Below are positions 39,128-52,000 of a DNA stretch of 64,000 nucleotides, in pieces; the first letter of the stretch is position 1, and every line of letters starts with the position of its first letter. Under the pieces are notes generated by a model that was not told the origin of the DNA, made no database searches, and saw nothing but the letters and a program-made list of their open reading frames with translations. The translations under genes were made by a program, and so were the position numbers. Origin of the DNA: Antedon mediterranea (Eukaryota; Animalia; Echinodermata); assembly GCF_964355755.1 (NCBI RefSeq), contig NC_092679.1:21807432-21871431 (forward strand). The letters are read 5' to 3'.

Positions 39128-40679
39128 TAGACAAGTTACCTTACAACTTGATGTAATTTTTGTATTTGAACACAAAACCTGCTGAACCACAATGACCATG
39201 TACTGTACTGTATAAGCTACAGTATAATAGGTGTTTTGTGTTTATTCAGCCTATGTTAATTATTTTTAATAAAGGAGATGGTAATGTAAGCATAAAGTAA
39301 TACATTTTCCATGGTATTTTGATGGTAATTCAATATTGTGTGTCTATGAAACTACAAAATATGATATATACAGTAATATTGAATTATTCAGCAGTTTTAT
39401 GGTTCTATTGACTTCACGGGTATATTGATGTTTATAATTGAATTCAGAATTTATAAAATTCAATGCTTATTTAGTGGAAAAATTAGCCTAAAAGTCAACA
39501 TTTCTTGTTAAAACAAACTGATCACAGGGGGTTATATTCACGTAATTGATTCAAATGTTTTTGTATCCAATTTTACGGTTAGAAAGTTTTGTGAAATGTT
39601 TGTCATTTGCGTGCACTCTGACTGTGTATATCAATTCAAAAGTCAATTTTTTGTTTGTACCTGTACATATATACAGATACAATATTTTTACTAAAAGGTC
39701 AAGTCCACCCTAAATTGTGATATTTATTATGCTATACTATACACATTACTTCTTTTTTTATCTCTATAGTAATACTATAGTACCTGTATATTACTATTTT
39801 GAGTTAATTAAAACATTTCTTTAAAAAATAACTTCAGTTGGAAAATCTGTATAAATTAAAAAATACAAAGCAACAAATATTAAAAAGATAATAAATCAAT
39901 GAAATTGTTTCTATGTAAAATTTGTAAAGCGCTTTTAAATATCAGCAGATTGTCCCAAAGCGCTTTAAATAAAATATGTGATTGAAAGAAAAAACAAATT
40001 GTTGTACCTTATTTAATTATTTAATGTATTTAGAGTGTGAACATCACAGTTTTATTTTAATATTAATTACACTATTTACTAATTGTATTTAAATTTTGCG
40101 AAAAGGTCTTATCTTCAACAAGACACGCAATCATCGCATTACGTGCAAGTGTTAATGAAGCTGTAGTAGCAGGCTTCATATCTCAGCATAATAATAACGA
40201 TTGCAATACAAGCCCTATATTGCTTTACCTCAATCAATATTCCAGATTTAGTATCATTAATATAAGCTTACTGCTTCTTACCTATCATATATTACTTGTC
40301 TAGAAATTGACATGATTTCATGACAAATATCGCCTTATAAGGCAAGTTATTACTGTGTAATATCATTAATTGTAATTGTATTGCCATTTTTTAACTGGTT
40401 TGTTGTAGGAAAAAAGATGTCTTAACACTATCTGTTTTCTCACTTAAGCATATTTAGTTTAGTATTTAATATCTAGCCCAAACAAAATGTTCAACACTAT
40501 GAGCCCAAACAAAATTTTCAACACTATGCATTGATAAAATATTATCTAGGAAGAAAGACAGATTGACTAGCCTAGAGCATTTATATTATAGGACATTGTA
40601 TCTTAGGCTAGTACAGTAAAATTCATCCAATCTATACTAAATAATGTTATGATTCGTGAAATTATCCGCTTGCTTCTAT

Positions 40680-40915
40680 TTTAATCTGCTTTTCTATTTT
40701 AGTCTTGCTTATTATGTTGTAGTATTATTGTGTGCTTCAAATCCCATCGTCTCCTTCTTTATTTTAGTCTGTCACTTAGTTTAGCCCGTCGTTTATTTTA
40801 GTCTGCAATCGATTTTTTAATCAATCTTATCCTTTTTTAGTCCATCTCCTTTTTTAGTCCATCTTAATCTTTTAAGTCTATTAAATTTAGTCCATCTCCT
40901 TTTTTAGTCCATCTT
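40680..40915. repeat. Degenerate minisatellite (TTTAGTCCATCTCCTTTT-like)
   Basis: Repeated TTTAGTC core. Confidence 0.7.
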
Positions 40916-43185
40916 CTCAATTAAAAACATTGACCAAGAGGCTATATTTTGTTAATTGGGCCATACAATTTATTTAAGTTGTTGTATTACAGTAGATTGA
41001 ATATAATATCACAAAGGTACAGTACTTCCTTTAATTGTCCGAAATGTATTTCTTTATTGGGAGGTACAGAGTTATCAGGAAAATAATGCATTTTCAAAGT
41101 AAAGATGCTCATTAAATATTCATTTCCATATCACCATTATTTATAAAAAGTATTGTAACATAAAATATTTAAAATATGAAAAATGATATCAAACCCAAAT
41201 CAAATATAAAAGAAATAACATTAAACAACATAATGTCTATTATGAATGTAAGACAAGCCTAAAGCAACACAAATCAAATTTTAAAAACTATGTGACTATG
41301 TCAATGATATTATACTGCAGGTACTGCAGTAGAATTAGCCACATAGTTAGCAAGTATTTGTGTTTATTTCAGTGACTGATGCATATTATACACATGAAAC
41401 AAACTAAATTCATATTGCAGTTTAAAATGTAGTTACTGCAGTAGAATAGTTTTGACATGATCCCTAAAGATGCTTCACATCATACATATAACTGAATGTT
41501 TCGTTTCAAACCAGGTAATGTACAAAACATCCATTAACATGATAACATACTTTATAATGCTATACTCTCAGTGTAGGTGTTATGATCATATTAAAGCTAC
41601 GCTTTATGTACCTTAATTTGAATGTTTCATATTATTATAAATGTCTGATTTTAATATTATAATTACTAAATGTGAATTATAAATGTATTCTTGTTTAGAT
41701 AGTATACTGAGTATTTAAAATAATGTTTATTTATGATTGTAAATGATCTATTCAAACTGGTGTGTAAAACACTAAAGCAAAATTTTTTAAAATAATTATT
41801 ATAAGCCTGTATACTGTACAGGGGGCTTTAAAATGCCGGCCCTTTTCACACTACTAGAGGTACAGTAGTAGCTGTAGTGCTTTAAATAAATCCTACCTAC
41901 AGGTAGGCAAAAGGCAAAATATAGCATAAAATAAGCTTTTCTAAAATAGATATTAAGTTATGTTTCAATCGTCCCCAGCAGTCCATAATGATTGTATACG
42001 CTCCTCGCACTTTTTCCCATTTTAAGGGAAAAAAGAACACTCGTGTTGAACTGTTTTGCATTTTTATTAAACCAATTAATTTGGTTGCATTTTATCTGAA
42101 ATATGGATATCAATAAAAAAGGACAAAATGCGTGACAAATTTGTGACCACACATGTGTTTTTGGTAAATGCTTGCTTCATTAAAAATCACTTTGAAATGC
42201 GGGACTGTCCCACACGATGCGCAAATCAATATACACATTTACATTTATTCTAAGATATTATTAAATAACCTGATAGGGGATTATTTTTTTTTGCAATTCG
42301 CCACGGCATGATGATTACAGATACAGTACATTGTACAACCATCCCTACTGATTATGCTAGAGTAAATCTTGCTAATATACTAGAGTCTGTCAACCGCGAC
42401 AACACCTCATTAAATTAATAGAGGGCAGCAGATAGCTGACTGTGAATCTTATGTTATTACACATGTTTTATCATATGGCCATCCCTAATTAAGGTCCGTA
42501 AATCATCTCTTTTAAATTTAAATCCTTTAAATAAATTGTGTCTCTTAACTGTGGAAACAATTCCTAATAATTAGGTGGCAGCAAATAGCTTATTTATGTT
42601 TTATTTGCTATCATAATATAATTTTATAAATAACATTTATTTTGGAAATATAATCTATAGAATAGAAAAAATAATACAAATTGTATAAAATATGATATAA
42701 ATAAAAGGGAAAAAAAGTAAAATACCGAACCAGCCAGAATTGTAGACATTTTTATAATAAAATTTAGATAAAACTGGACTTTTTGAGCATAAACACATCA
42801 AAGCTAGAAATGCCAAAATATTTACAGTACAAATTTTAAAAAAATTCAACATTTTTTTGCTAACATACTTTAACAAGATTAAATTAAATTATGCATACAT
42901 ACACATAATTTTATGTTTAACAGAAGAATTAAATCTTTCTGAACATTGATTTCAGAGGGCAAAATTGTATTCTTTATAATATAATATAATATTTAGTAAC
43001 AACAATCTGATATTATCTATAGTTTATGTAAAAATAAAGTAGAAATTATACTCAAATGTAGCAAATATTTTACACGACCAACTGTTTGGCATGGCAAACC
43101 CTGTTGAAACAAAGTATTTGATCTCTGTCCATAATTAATATATAGCGACCCATATAATGTTCTAAGTAGAAGGTGGGAATTTAAG

Positions 43186-46100
43186 TTAATTAACATTGTG
43201 TTCTGGTATATTTACATAATCTCCTTCATACATGTTTGTATTCAAAGTGGGAGGCTTAGCTGGAGTCTCGTAGTCAGCTGTAGTACCTCCTTCAATATCC
43301 CAATTTTCATAGATTGTTTCGTCAGCATCCTCATAAATTGGTTCATTTTGACCAGCATTGACGTAATTATTATTTGTTGGCAATGGCTTTCGAATATCAT
43401 CAATCTCTTCATATATAGGTTCAGGATTTATTTTTTGAAACTGAGGCTTATTGAATTTAAGAATATCGTGTCTACATGTAGCTGATGTTGTATCGTCAAA
43501 TTTTCCAATAAGTGATGAGACACTTACTTTTCTTCCAGTACTTTGTTCAGATGTGTGTGGGATTTCATATGATGGATTAGTCCCATTGGTTTCTGTATCA
43601 TGAGGTGGTTTGTCTTTTACTACCCCAGTGAGCATGTCCGTGTTACTGGAGGCTGAGATTGATGGAGTCGCTTCGGGATATTGGTTGGGCTTTTTGCTTG
43701 AGTCTATGTCAACGTTGCTAAATCTTGTGTTTGAAGGTTTTCTAAAGTTTGTTTGAGGATCACTTACACCAGCATAATTAAGTTTTGTTAGTATTTCCGA
43801 TAAAGGTCGAGGACGGAAAGGGGTCGATTCTTCTGGATTTTGTGTATAATTTGGTTCTCTCCTTGTAGGCATGTCAGTTGAAATTGTTCTGGAGTTTGGT
43901 TGAACTTGTGATATTTGTTGGGAGGGCAATTTAATGCTTCTAGCAGTCGGTGTTGTTGTTACCGGCATGTTTTGGCTGGAAGGTGTCGATTGTTTGTATT
44001 GTACTTTTATGGTCTCTTGTTTTGTTTGCTTAGTATCCACAACACTGGAATCAAAATTAAAAATAAGTGCCGATACAGGTGGAGCTGAGGTAATAGGTTC
44101 TGATGAGTTCATTGTGGAAGTTGGTTTAGATGTTATCTGGTGTGTGATAAAACTTTCACTGTATCGTCTATTGGCTGTTTTTTTCATCACAGGAGGAGGT
44201 GGTTTTTTAACAGGTTTAGTCACACAATTAGGTGTTATGGATGAAGTAGCAGAGACCAGAAGAGGAGATTCAGTGAAAGATTGTGTTGCCGCTGATGTAG
44301 TTGGAATCAAAGGCATTGATGAAGGTGATGTTGCAGTTGCAGAAATAACCAGTGGAGTTTTTTCGTTTTTATCCTTGTATCCTAATTTGGTTGCCAAATT
44401 TGAAATCTCATCAGAGAAGGACAAGCGTTGGTTAGTTGGGTTATGTTGATTGGCCTCTGGGTTCTTTTGTAAAACAGGTGTAGATGATGTAGATGAGTCT
44501 AGGTTATGTGATTTTCCAATTGAGGTAGCCATCTGTGCAATTTGTTCATTAAATGGAATCATAATCTGTGACAATTTTTCTTGAGGCTGTTTTTTTTGTT
44601 CCATTGTGTTCTGGATAACCTTTTCTTGTTGTTCTTTATCATGATCTGTTGGTTCTTCTTTCTTAATCCGCAGATTCTTTTGCTCATCTTTTATTTTATT
44701 GCTTTCTTTTTCTTTTTTACCCTTTTTCTTAGAAAAGCTCAACAAATTTTTCTTTGGTTTTTCCTTCTCCTTTTCATTGGGTGTTTTACATCCTCCTTTT
44801 TCAGATTCTGTTTGTTGACCGGCGTGAGAAATTAAATTACTTTTCTTTTGAAGTTTTTCATCTTTTTTGTTTGGTGTTTTATCACCCTCTTTATCAAATT
44901 CTGTTTGTGAAGTTGATTTCTTTAAAGCAGAATTTTTATTTTTTTTGTTCTTTTTGTCTAGACTTTTTCCATCATGTTCGTCAGATTCTGTTCTCATATC
45001 TCCCCTTTTTTCAAATTCTGTTTTTTCATCACTTGAAGTTGACTTCTTTAAAGTATCATTTTGAATTTTTTTGTTCTTTTTGTCCAGACCTTTTCCATCA
45101 TGTTCTTCAGGTTCTAGTTTCTTTGACTCGCCATTCTTTATAGGTTTGGTATCAGGATAGTCATGTGATGTACTTGGAAGAATTTCAGTTACACCTGTGT
45201 TGCTCTCTACCGGGTCATCGTCATCATAATCTGGTGGTGGATAGGCTAGAGGATAAACTGTAGGTGTAGATGGCTCATCACTATCCTCATCATCAAGAAC
45301 AATGTCTTTCAGTTCATATTTGATGCATCTTGGGGTCAATAAAGTTGTAGCTTTGAATGGATTTGAATCAAACTGGAAGACAACTAATGTAATACATTGG
45401 CATTTTAATAACAAGAGTAATAGTAACAGTACATTAATATCTATTCTTTAAAGTTAAAAACCAGTATCAGTCATCAGCAAGTCAACCAATGACTACAGAA
45501 TAATAAGATGGTTATTTCAGAAGATAGATGGCCAATTTACTTTATCGACCTGTATTTGGACAATCTCAGAAAACATGTTTTGATGTAATTGAATAAAAAC
45601 TATATCAGCATACAATCCCCTCCTTTATGACACCCTATTCAGGATACACCCTATGGAACACTTTACTGTGAAACCAATATGAAGCAATATATGTATCAAC
45701 AGTATGTCTAATCCTCCATCCAAGGGACACCTCTAATTTAAAAGGACACTATGTTGGATTTCAAAGATGTCTCCTTAATTGGGGTTCTACCCTAATTAAT
45801 TAATTGTTAAAACAATTAATTTCTGTAATGTTTTGTGGTGAAAAACCATAAAGCTTTCAAGTCTGTTCTGCACTGATGATTTGAATTTATCCCATTCTTG
45901 TTTGTTCTTTTTGTACCCAGCAGCAATGTCGTATGTATCCGTTGAGGTTAGACGGAGTGCTTCCAATGATGGTGAATCGACTTCTATTTCTAAATATACA
46001 GTGCATGCAGAAATTAATTATAATGTTAAAAAGAAGCATAAAAACCAGCCCAGCAGCAAATAATTACAGTGCAAATAGTCCCAAATTAATGTTTACCATT

Positions 46101-48671
46101 TAAAAACACATTCTGAATACCAGGCTTTCTGGAAAACCAGACATATATTTGGTCAGCCCAAAAGTGTCTGGAATTGGGATAGTTGACTTGAAATTAAATT
46201 CAAGCATAGTTAGTTACCCCGTGGTAAGTTAGTGATCTACCCACCAAAACCAGTGAAAATTGGTCCATGAAGTAAACTTTTCCAGATTAAATAACTAAGC
46301 TCTAATGGGACCTTTCCATTGTCAAATTGAAAATCCATGGTGTAGCACCCAGTGGTGGATCCATTATATTGGGTGCGGGCCTAAAAATGGTGAAAAATGA
46401 GCTGAGTTTAAGTTGATTTCCTATCGTTTGGATTACAATTTGCGAAATTTAGGGGTGGGGGGCCATGGCCATTTCCCCCTGGATCTGTCCTTGCACCTTT
46501 CCTCATCTACTCTATCTTTCCATAATGTATTAAAAACAAATAATTTACCTGATGCTGTTAGTTTACAAGCCAATAAAAGTGTGATCTTTTGTTGAGTTTC
46601 AATTGTAATTTTATCAAATAATTTCTCTCTTTTGTTGCCATCTTCCTTTAAATATTCAACCTGACCTCTGGAAGTCACTCTGAATGGAAATTGCTTTTTC
46701 TCCAGTGCATCATCCAGTGATTTGAATTTTGGATCTGAAAAAATTTGTATTCTATTTATTACAAATAAGACTGGCACAGTCAATTGTTCCTGTATTGTTT
46801 CTATAGGCATGGGCGATTTTTATGTTGAGGCTATTATTGGCATGAAATCAGTTCAATACTTATTTTATCATTTATACCCTAGATCATTATCCTATCATTA
46901 GACTATTATACCCATTACGATACATCCTTAACCCCATTACAAAATGTCCATCCAATAGATCATTATCCCTCCTTATCCTACCAAGAGATCTTTATCCTAC
47001 AATTAGATCTTAATCCCATTAGATCCTTATCCTACCAGATAGATCTTTGTCCCATTAGATCCTTATCCTATTAAATTCTTATCCTACCAATAGATCCTTA
47101 TCCCATTAGATCCTTATCCTACAATTAGATCTTAATCCCATTAGATCCTTATCCTACCAGATAGATCTTTGTCCCATTAGATCCTTATCCTATTAAATTC
47201 TTATCCTACCAATAGATCCTTATCCCATTAGATCCTTATCCTACAATTAGATCTTCCCATCCTTATCCTACAATTAGATCTTAATCCCATTAGATCCTAA
47301 TCCAATTATATCCTAATTCCCATTAGATATTTATCCCCATTAGATCCTTATCCTACCATTAAATCTAATATTCCAATTGGTTTTTGTGTTTCAGTACCTT
47401 TATAGATCGCCAGTTTTTCAACCATGCTTGATTGGTGTGGTATCATAAAGTAATCATTTTTTCCTTTTGCACACAAGGCATCCGTTGTGAATTCTTGGTT
47501 TACCCAATATACCTAACAAAGAGTTTATTTTATAAACCAAAAGATATACTGAATAATGTCAGATACAAATATAACGAGGGTACCTCCAAGTAAAGACAAA
47601 GAACAATTTGATAATTACAAAGTTTCAATCTATTTTTCTAGGTTTTTATAGGTTATTGACTCACTAGTTTCAACAAAAGAAGTTGATATTTAAAAGGCTT
47701 TTATATAAGTATTTATATGTTCAACACAATTGACTACATTTTGGGCATTATGTCATGCTTATGATTATTCTCACCTGGCATGACAAGCAAAATTGTTGTT
47801 ATGGTGTACATTTAACTATAAATACTGTAGTAAAGTATACATTGGAGGAGGAAATACTCTGTTTTTGGTGCTGGTAGTGTTATATAGTCAAATGCCTTTT
47901 TAATACTAATAATGTTTACCATCGAAACGTATCATTTTCAACAATGGCAATTGTTGTTACTGGTAGAACCAAAGTGTGACATTTTAAAAAGTATTTTTAA
48001 TATCGCAAACTACCTGTATAGGAAGAACTGGTTAAATTATCATTTGTTAGAAAAAATAATTAAATGCGTTGGAGGGGGAACTGTCTTTTTTTTTGCGAGG
48101 AAATGGTCCCCTCACTTTTTTTTATGGGAAATCCATGAAATGTGTCAGCAACTCAGTACAGTAAAAAAAGCTACATTCTCACTTGTTCTATTTCACACTC
48201 ACGTTTAAATTCTTTATAAGAATTTTTTAATTATTTAACAACATGGCACCATCTTCCCTTCCATGAAACAGTATGAATGTAGCTTTACCATTTTTGGGTT
48301 TTATTTATTTTTTGCTTCTGAGTTGACCAGTATCTCTCCCTCTCTATCTCTCCCCTCAAATGCCTTCAGGATTTTTTCTAAGGACAAAATTACAACTCCA
48401 CTCCCAAAGACTTGTAATAAGACGTTGTTTATGTAGAGCATCTTGTGTACAGTATGTTTGTCTTGTGAACCTATGAGGGTCCCTAATGATCAGCAATTGC
48501 TGGGTGGTTCACCTTCATTAAATATGGTAAAAAAAAATAAAAAAATATTTTCCAACAAACCTGATCTTTTGAATTCTTGATTACTATTGGCATGGAAAAC
48601 TTTTCAAAGATCTCAGTAAGTTGGTATCTTTTTCCAATCCATCGAAGATGATTGCTCGAAGGCTGGCTCAT
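43186..48671 (-). CDS. Nested antisense gene: putative CABIT-like (GAREM/THEMIS-related) adaptor with long disordered region and Tyr-motif tail, 5 exons, ~913 aa
   Basis: Exons 48671-48561, 47512-47398, 46734-46549, 45989-45847 (weak donor ATG|GTTTTT) and 45372-43186 are phase-consistent. N-terminal LRWIGKRYQLTEIFEKFSMPIVIK, YFMIP and FKSLDDALEKKQFPFRV resemble CABIT motifs. Also present: KKPPPPVMKK and C-terminal EPIYEEI, YVN, EPIYED, IYEN, YETP, YVNI. The gene model is more secure than the family call. Confidence 0.8.
46875..47365. repeat. Intronic minisatellite (CCCATTAGATCCTTAT-type units) with a ~121-bp higher-order duplication
   Basis: Repeated AGATCCTTATCC core; ~46990-47110 is duplicated at ~47111-47231. 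Confidence 0.92.
48366..48545 (+). mobile_element. 5'-truncated tRNA-derived SINE
   Basis: Matches the body and tail of the 58618-58868 copy. Confidence 0.8.
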
Positions 48672-48799
48672 TGTGATTCTGTCGGTTCGAAAAAATGGCG
48701 ATATTGGAAATAAAAACTAAAAGTTACATAACAAATAAACGATAAATGACATAATTAAATCGAAAACTCAAAACTTTCTATTGTTTTCTTTCTTTTTTA

Positions 48800-49013
48800 A
48801 ATTTACAATTTTACTTCTCCTTGGTACAGTAGCTAAAAGACTCTTTCCTCCAATTTACAATTTTACTTCTCCTTGGTACAGTAGCTGAAAGACTCTTTCC
48901 TCCAATTTACAATTTTACTTCTCCTTGGTACAGTAGCCGAAAGGCTCTTTCCTCCAATTTACAATTTTACTACTCCTTGGTACAGTAGCTAAAAGACTCT
49001 TTCCTCCAATTTA
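48800..49013. repeat. 52-bp x4 tandem repeat
   Basis: AATTTACAATTTTACTTCTCCTTGGTACAGTAGCTAAAAGACTCTTTCCTCC starting at 48800, 48852, 48904 and 48956. Confidence 0.97.
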
Positions 49014-52000
49014 GAACCCAAATGGAAATGAATTGGTTCATGGAGGTATAAAATTATACCTCCATGATTGGTTCATCATTAATTTATTGTGTTTTTTATT
49101 GTAATTTTTGTATTTATATTGATTTCAAATAAAAACAAACATCACAACTTTAGTTACCACGATTTTTTAAATTTTGCAAGGATGATGACATCGTCTACTG
49201 TACTTCTTAATAGTTAATATGCCACTAGGACATGTCAAATGTTTACTTTTTACTCATTCTCGGTACTGCATCTGAATTTGTCCAGTATCGGACAAATTTG
49301 GAGATACTGGATCTAAATATTTGAGTCATGGTGGGGCCTGTGGCGAAGCAAATTTAGGTAAATGATACTCTACATGGTCGGAAATGGTACTCTTAAATCA
49401 TTCATTATAAAGGGCAACCCCCGCGCAGCAATTAGCAAAATGATAATGTTAAAGATACTCATGTTATTTTAACACTAACAAAAACATAAACATACAAATA
49501 TTGAAGGACATAAATAAATATATATAAAAATACATATAAATTCACAATATACATAAATAAAGATCTATTGTATCCTGTGTTATAGTATCATGTAGATGCA
49601 TACTTATCCTATATTGTACTATAAGCACAACTGTTATAAAGTTCCTACATAAATCCTATATTATTTATGATAACATTTTTATTACAAAATAAAAGCTTAA
49701 ACTATGAAACAAGACAACTATTGAGGGAAATCACCTTGTCCTTCCAACTCATCTGTCTTCTTCAATGACAAATTTTGATGTGGCGTATATTTTGTGTATC
49801 GTACAAGGAAATGAAAATCTCCTTTTGTGTTTTTGGTACAAGTGTTTGTCTGTTTACTAAGCAGTTGTGAGACCCTCTATTCTTTACAGTGAAGTATAAT
49901 TTAACAATACAATTTGTCATTGCTTTGATTCATAATGTCTGAATAGTCTTCCAAATGTTTTTCTTTGTGCCTGATGAAGCCTTTAAGATTGTTATTGTGC
50001 TATTCAAACTTCAAATAATATGGTGATACAACTTTCGTAATGTAAATGTTTGGAGATATGTACATTTACTTGTGGAAGTTAAACATAAAGACATACCATA
50101 ATATTATGTGCTGATTTGTGAAAAGACCGCAGAATTTTGAAGTTGTTATTTATAGAAAAGAGTATATAAAAGAAAAAAGAAACTCCAGTGATGCTAAGTG
50201 GTATAGTAGCTTGGTTTGATGCTAATTGTGTCCAATTTGGGTTTGAATCCTGTCTTAAGTCGACCAGTTGAGTTCTATGACAACTTAAGTATACCTTTTT
50301 ACTTTTGGTAAAAATAAAAAATGTGGTAAAAAAAAAGAGGAAACCATTTAGAATTCAAAGCATTTCATTGTTTATTGTTTGCCATGGTAACAAACACAGG
50401 GAAGTAAATACTACAAACAAAATATAATACAAAAACAGTAACATAAGGAGTTTTTTGTGATATTGTGGGTTAAAACAAATCCTAAAAGCTGCCCTCGTCT
50501 ACATTAGAGAATTTAGTAAACGGTTAAATTCAACCAAAAACCCATTGGATGTCGTGAGGTGGTTTCCCGAATGATAGTAAAATCAAAACGGTACTGGGTA
50601 TGACCAACTAGCGTTATTGTCACCGACTAGTCATCCATTCATAGAAGTACTGATGTAGTAAGCCTACCTGTACGGTGACCATAGAATGTGACCCAAGACA
50701 TGACTAACTACGACTTTTAGTTGATAGAAGATTGAAAAAGTTGTTAAGAAGAGTTGTTTAAGGGATTTTTTGTTTGCTTCAAATTACAATTTGTTATCAA
50801 AGTTTTTATGCGACATCATCAAAATGGCATATTCAACAAAACTTATTTTTTTCAGGGGGACAATATATCTATCATTATTAAGGAGACACTATATAAAAAT
50901 GTTAATAAATATTAAAAAGTCATAAAACACAATGGCATGTTTGACAAAAAAGTTGGAAAAAAAAAATATTTATCAAGGAGACACTAAGACACGCCTACAG
51001 TAAGAATTAATATATCAAAAAGTGGCCATCATAAAAACAGGCATAATACTTGGAGTGTCATGGAACGCTGTTCTTGATCTGTCTTATAAATGCTATACTG
51101 CCCTCTGTAATAGTAATACTATCACGTCTGTATTGATCAGCATTCATTTTACTAGCCTTTTACTTATTCATATGAAATGCTGCATAATACCTTAATTATA
51201 GACTGGAATACATTATTTTATTGACCAGGTTATGCTGAGTTCTCTGCATACCTCACAGGGGTATTCAATAGGGAGTTTTATTCATACAACATAAAGTACA
51301 TACTTGTGAGAATTTAAGTGGTTGGCTAAAAGCAACCTGTGTTTGTGTATTATATCTGTATTTGTCTTTTAATTGATTATGTTTTGTGATATCAATTTGA
51401 GAGAGTTAAAGCGTAGTCTAGCCGAGATGAAATATATAATTGAACAAACAGAACAACCGGTTCTTTATTTAAACTAACGAAAATAAATTTGGCATCTGTA
51501 TATAAATGCATTTTAGCTAGTAAAATTTCATTAAAAAAATACTGTTGTCTATTTACAAATTAAATACCAGATGATCATTTTTATCATCATTGTCATTTTG
51601 TCATCATCAAAATCATGTTGTATCTTTTTATGAGTGTTTAATGTGTCAACATTATTTACTGCAGTTACTCGAGTAACTACATTTTGCAATAACATATGAA
51701 TTTTTTCAATCATAGAAATAATTAATATCAACAACAACATTTTCTTAAGTATTATTTTCATTTCTACAGTGTGTATGATAACCCAAACAAAATGTAGCTA
51801 CTGCAGTAACTGCAGAAAAAAAATTGACATGGTTCATTACTGATTAGAAATATCTTCATAATTCTCACACAAAATTGTCTTGATTAATTATTTAATAACA
51901 ACTTTCATTTCTAAAATTGATCCAGTGGTAAATTTATGAATTCATTGATTATGAATATGAGATAGAAAATACATTGCTACGTCTATTGTAAAAATACTAT

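Noticed and set aside
43198-45143. Plus-strand ORFs up to 171 aa
   Set aside because: Antisense to the large exon of the nested gene, with no independent coding signal.
48800-49013. CRISPR-like array
   Set aside because: Head-to-tail repeats with no unique spacers, eukaryotic context, no cas genes.
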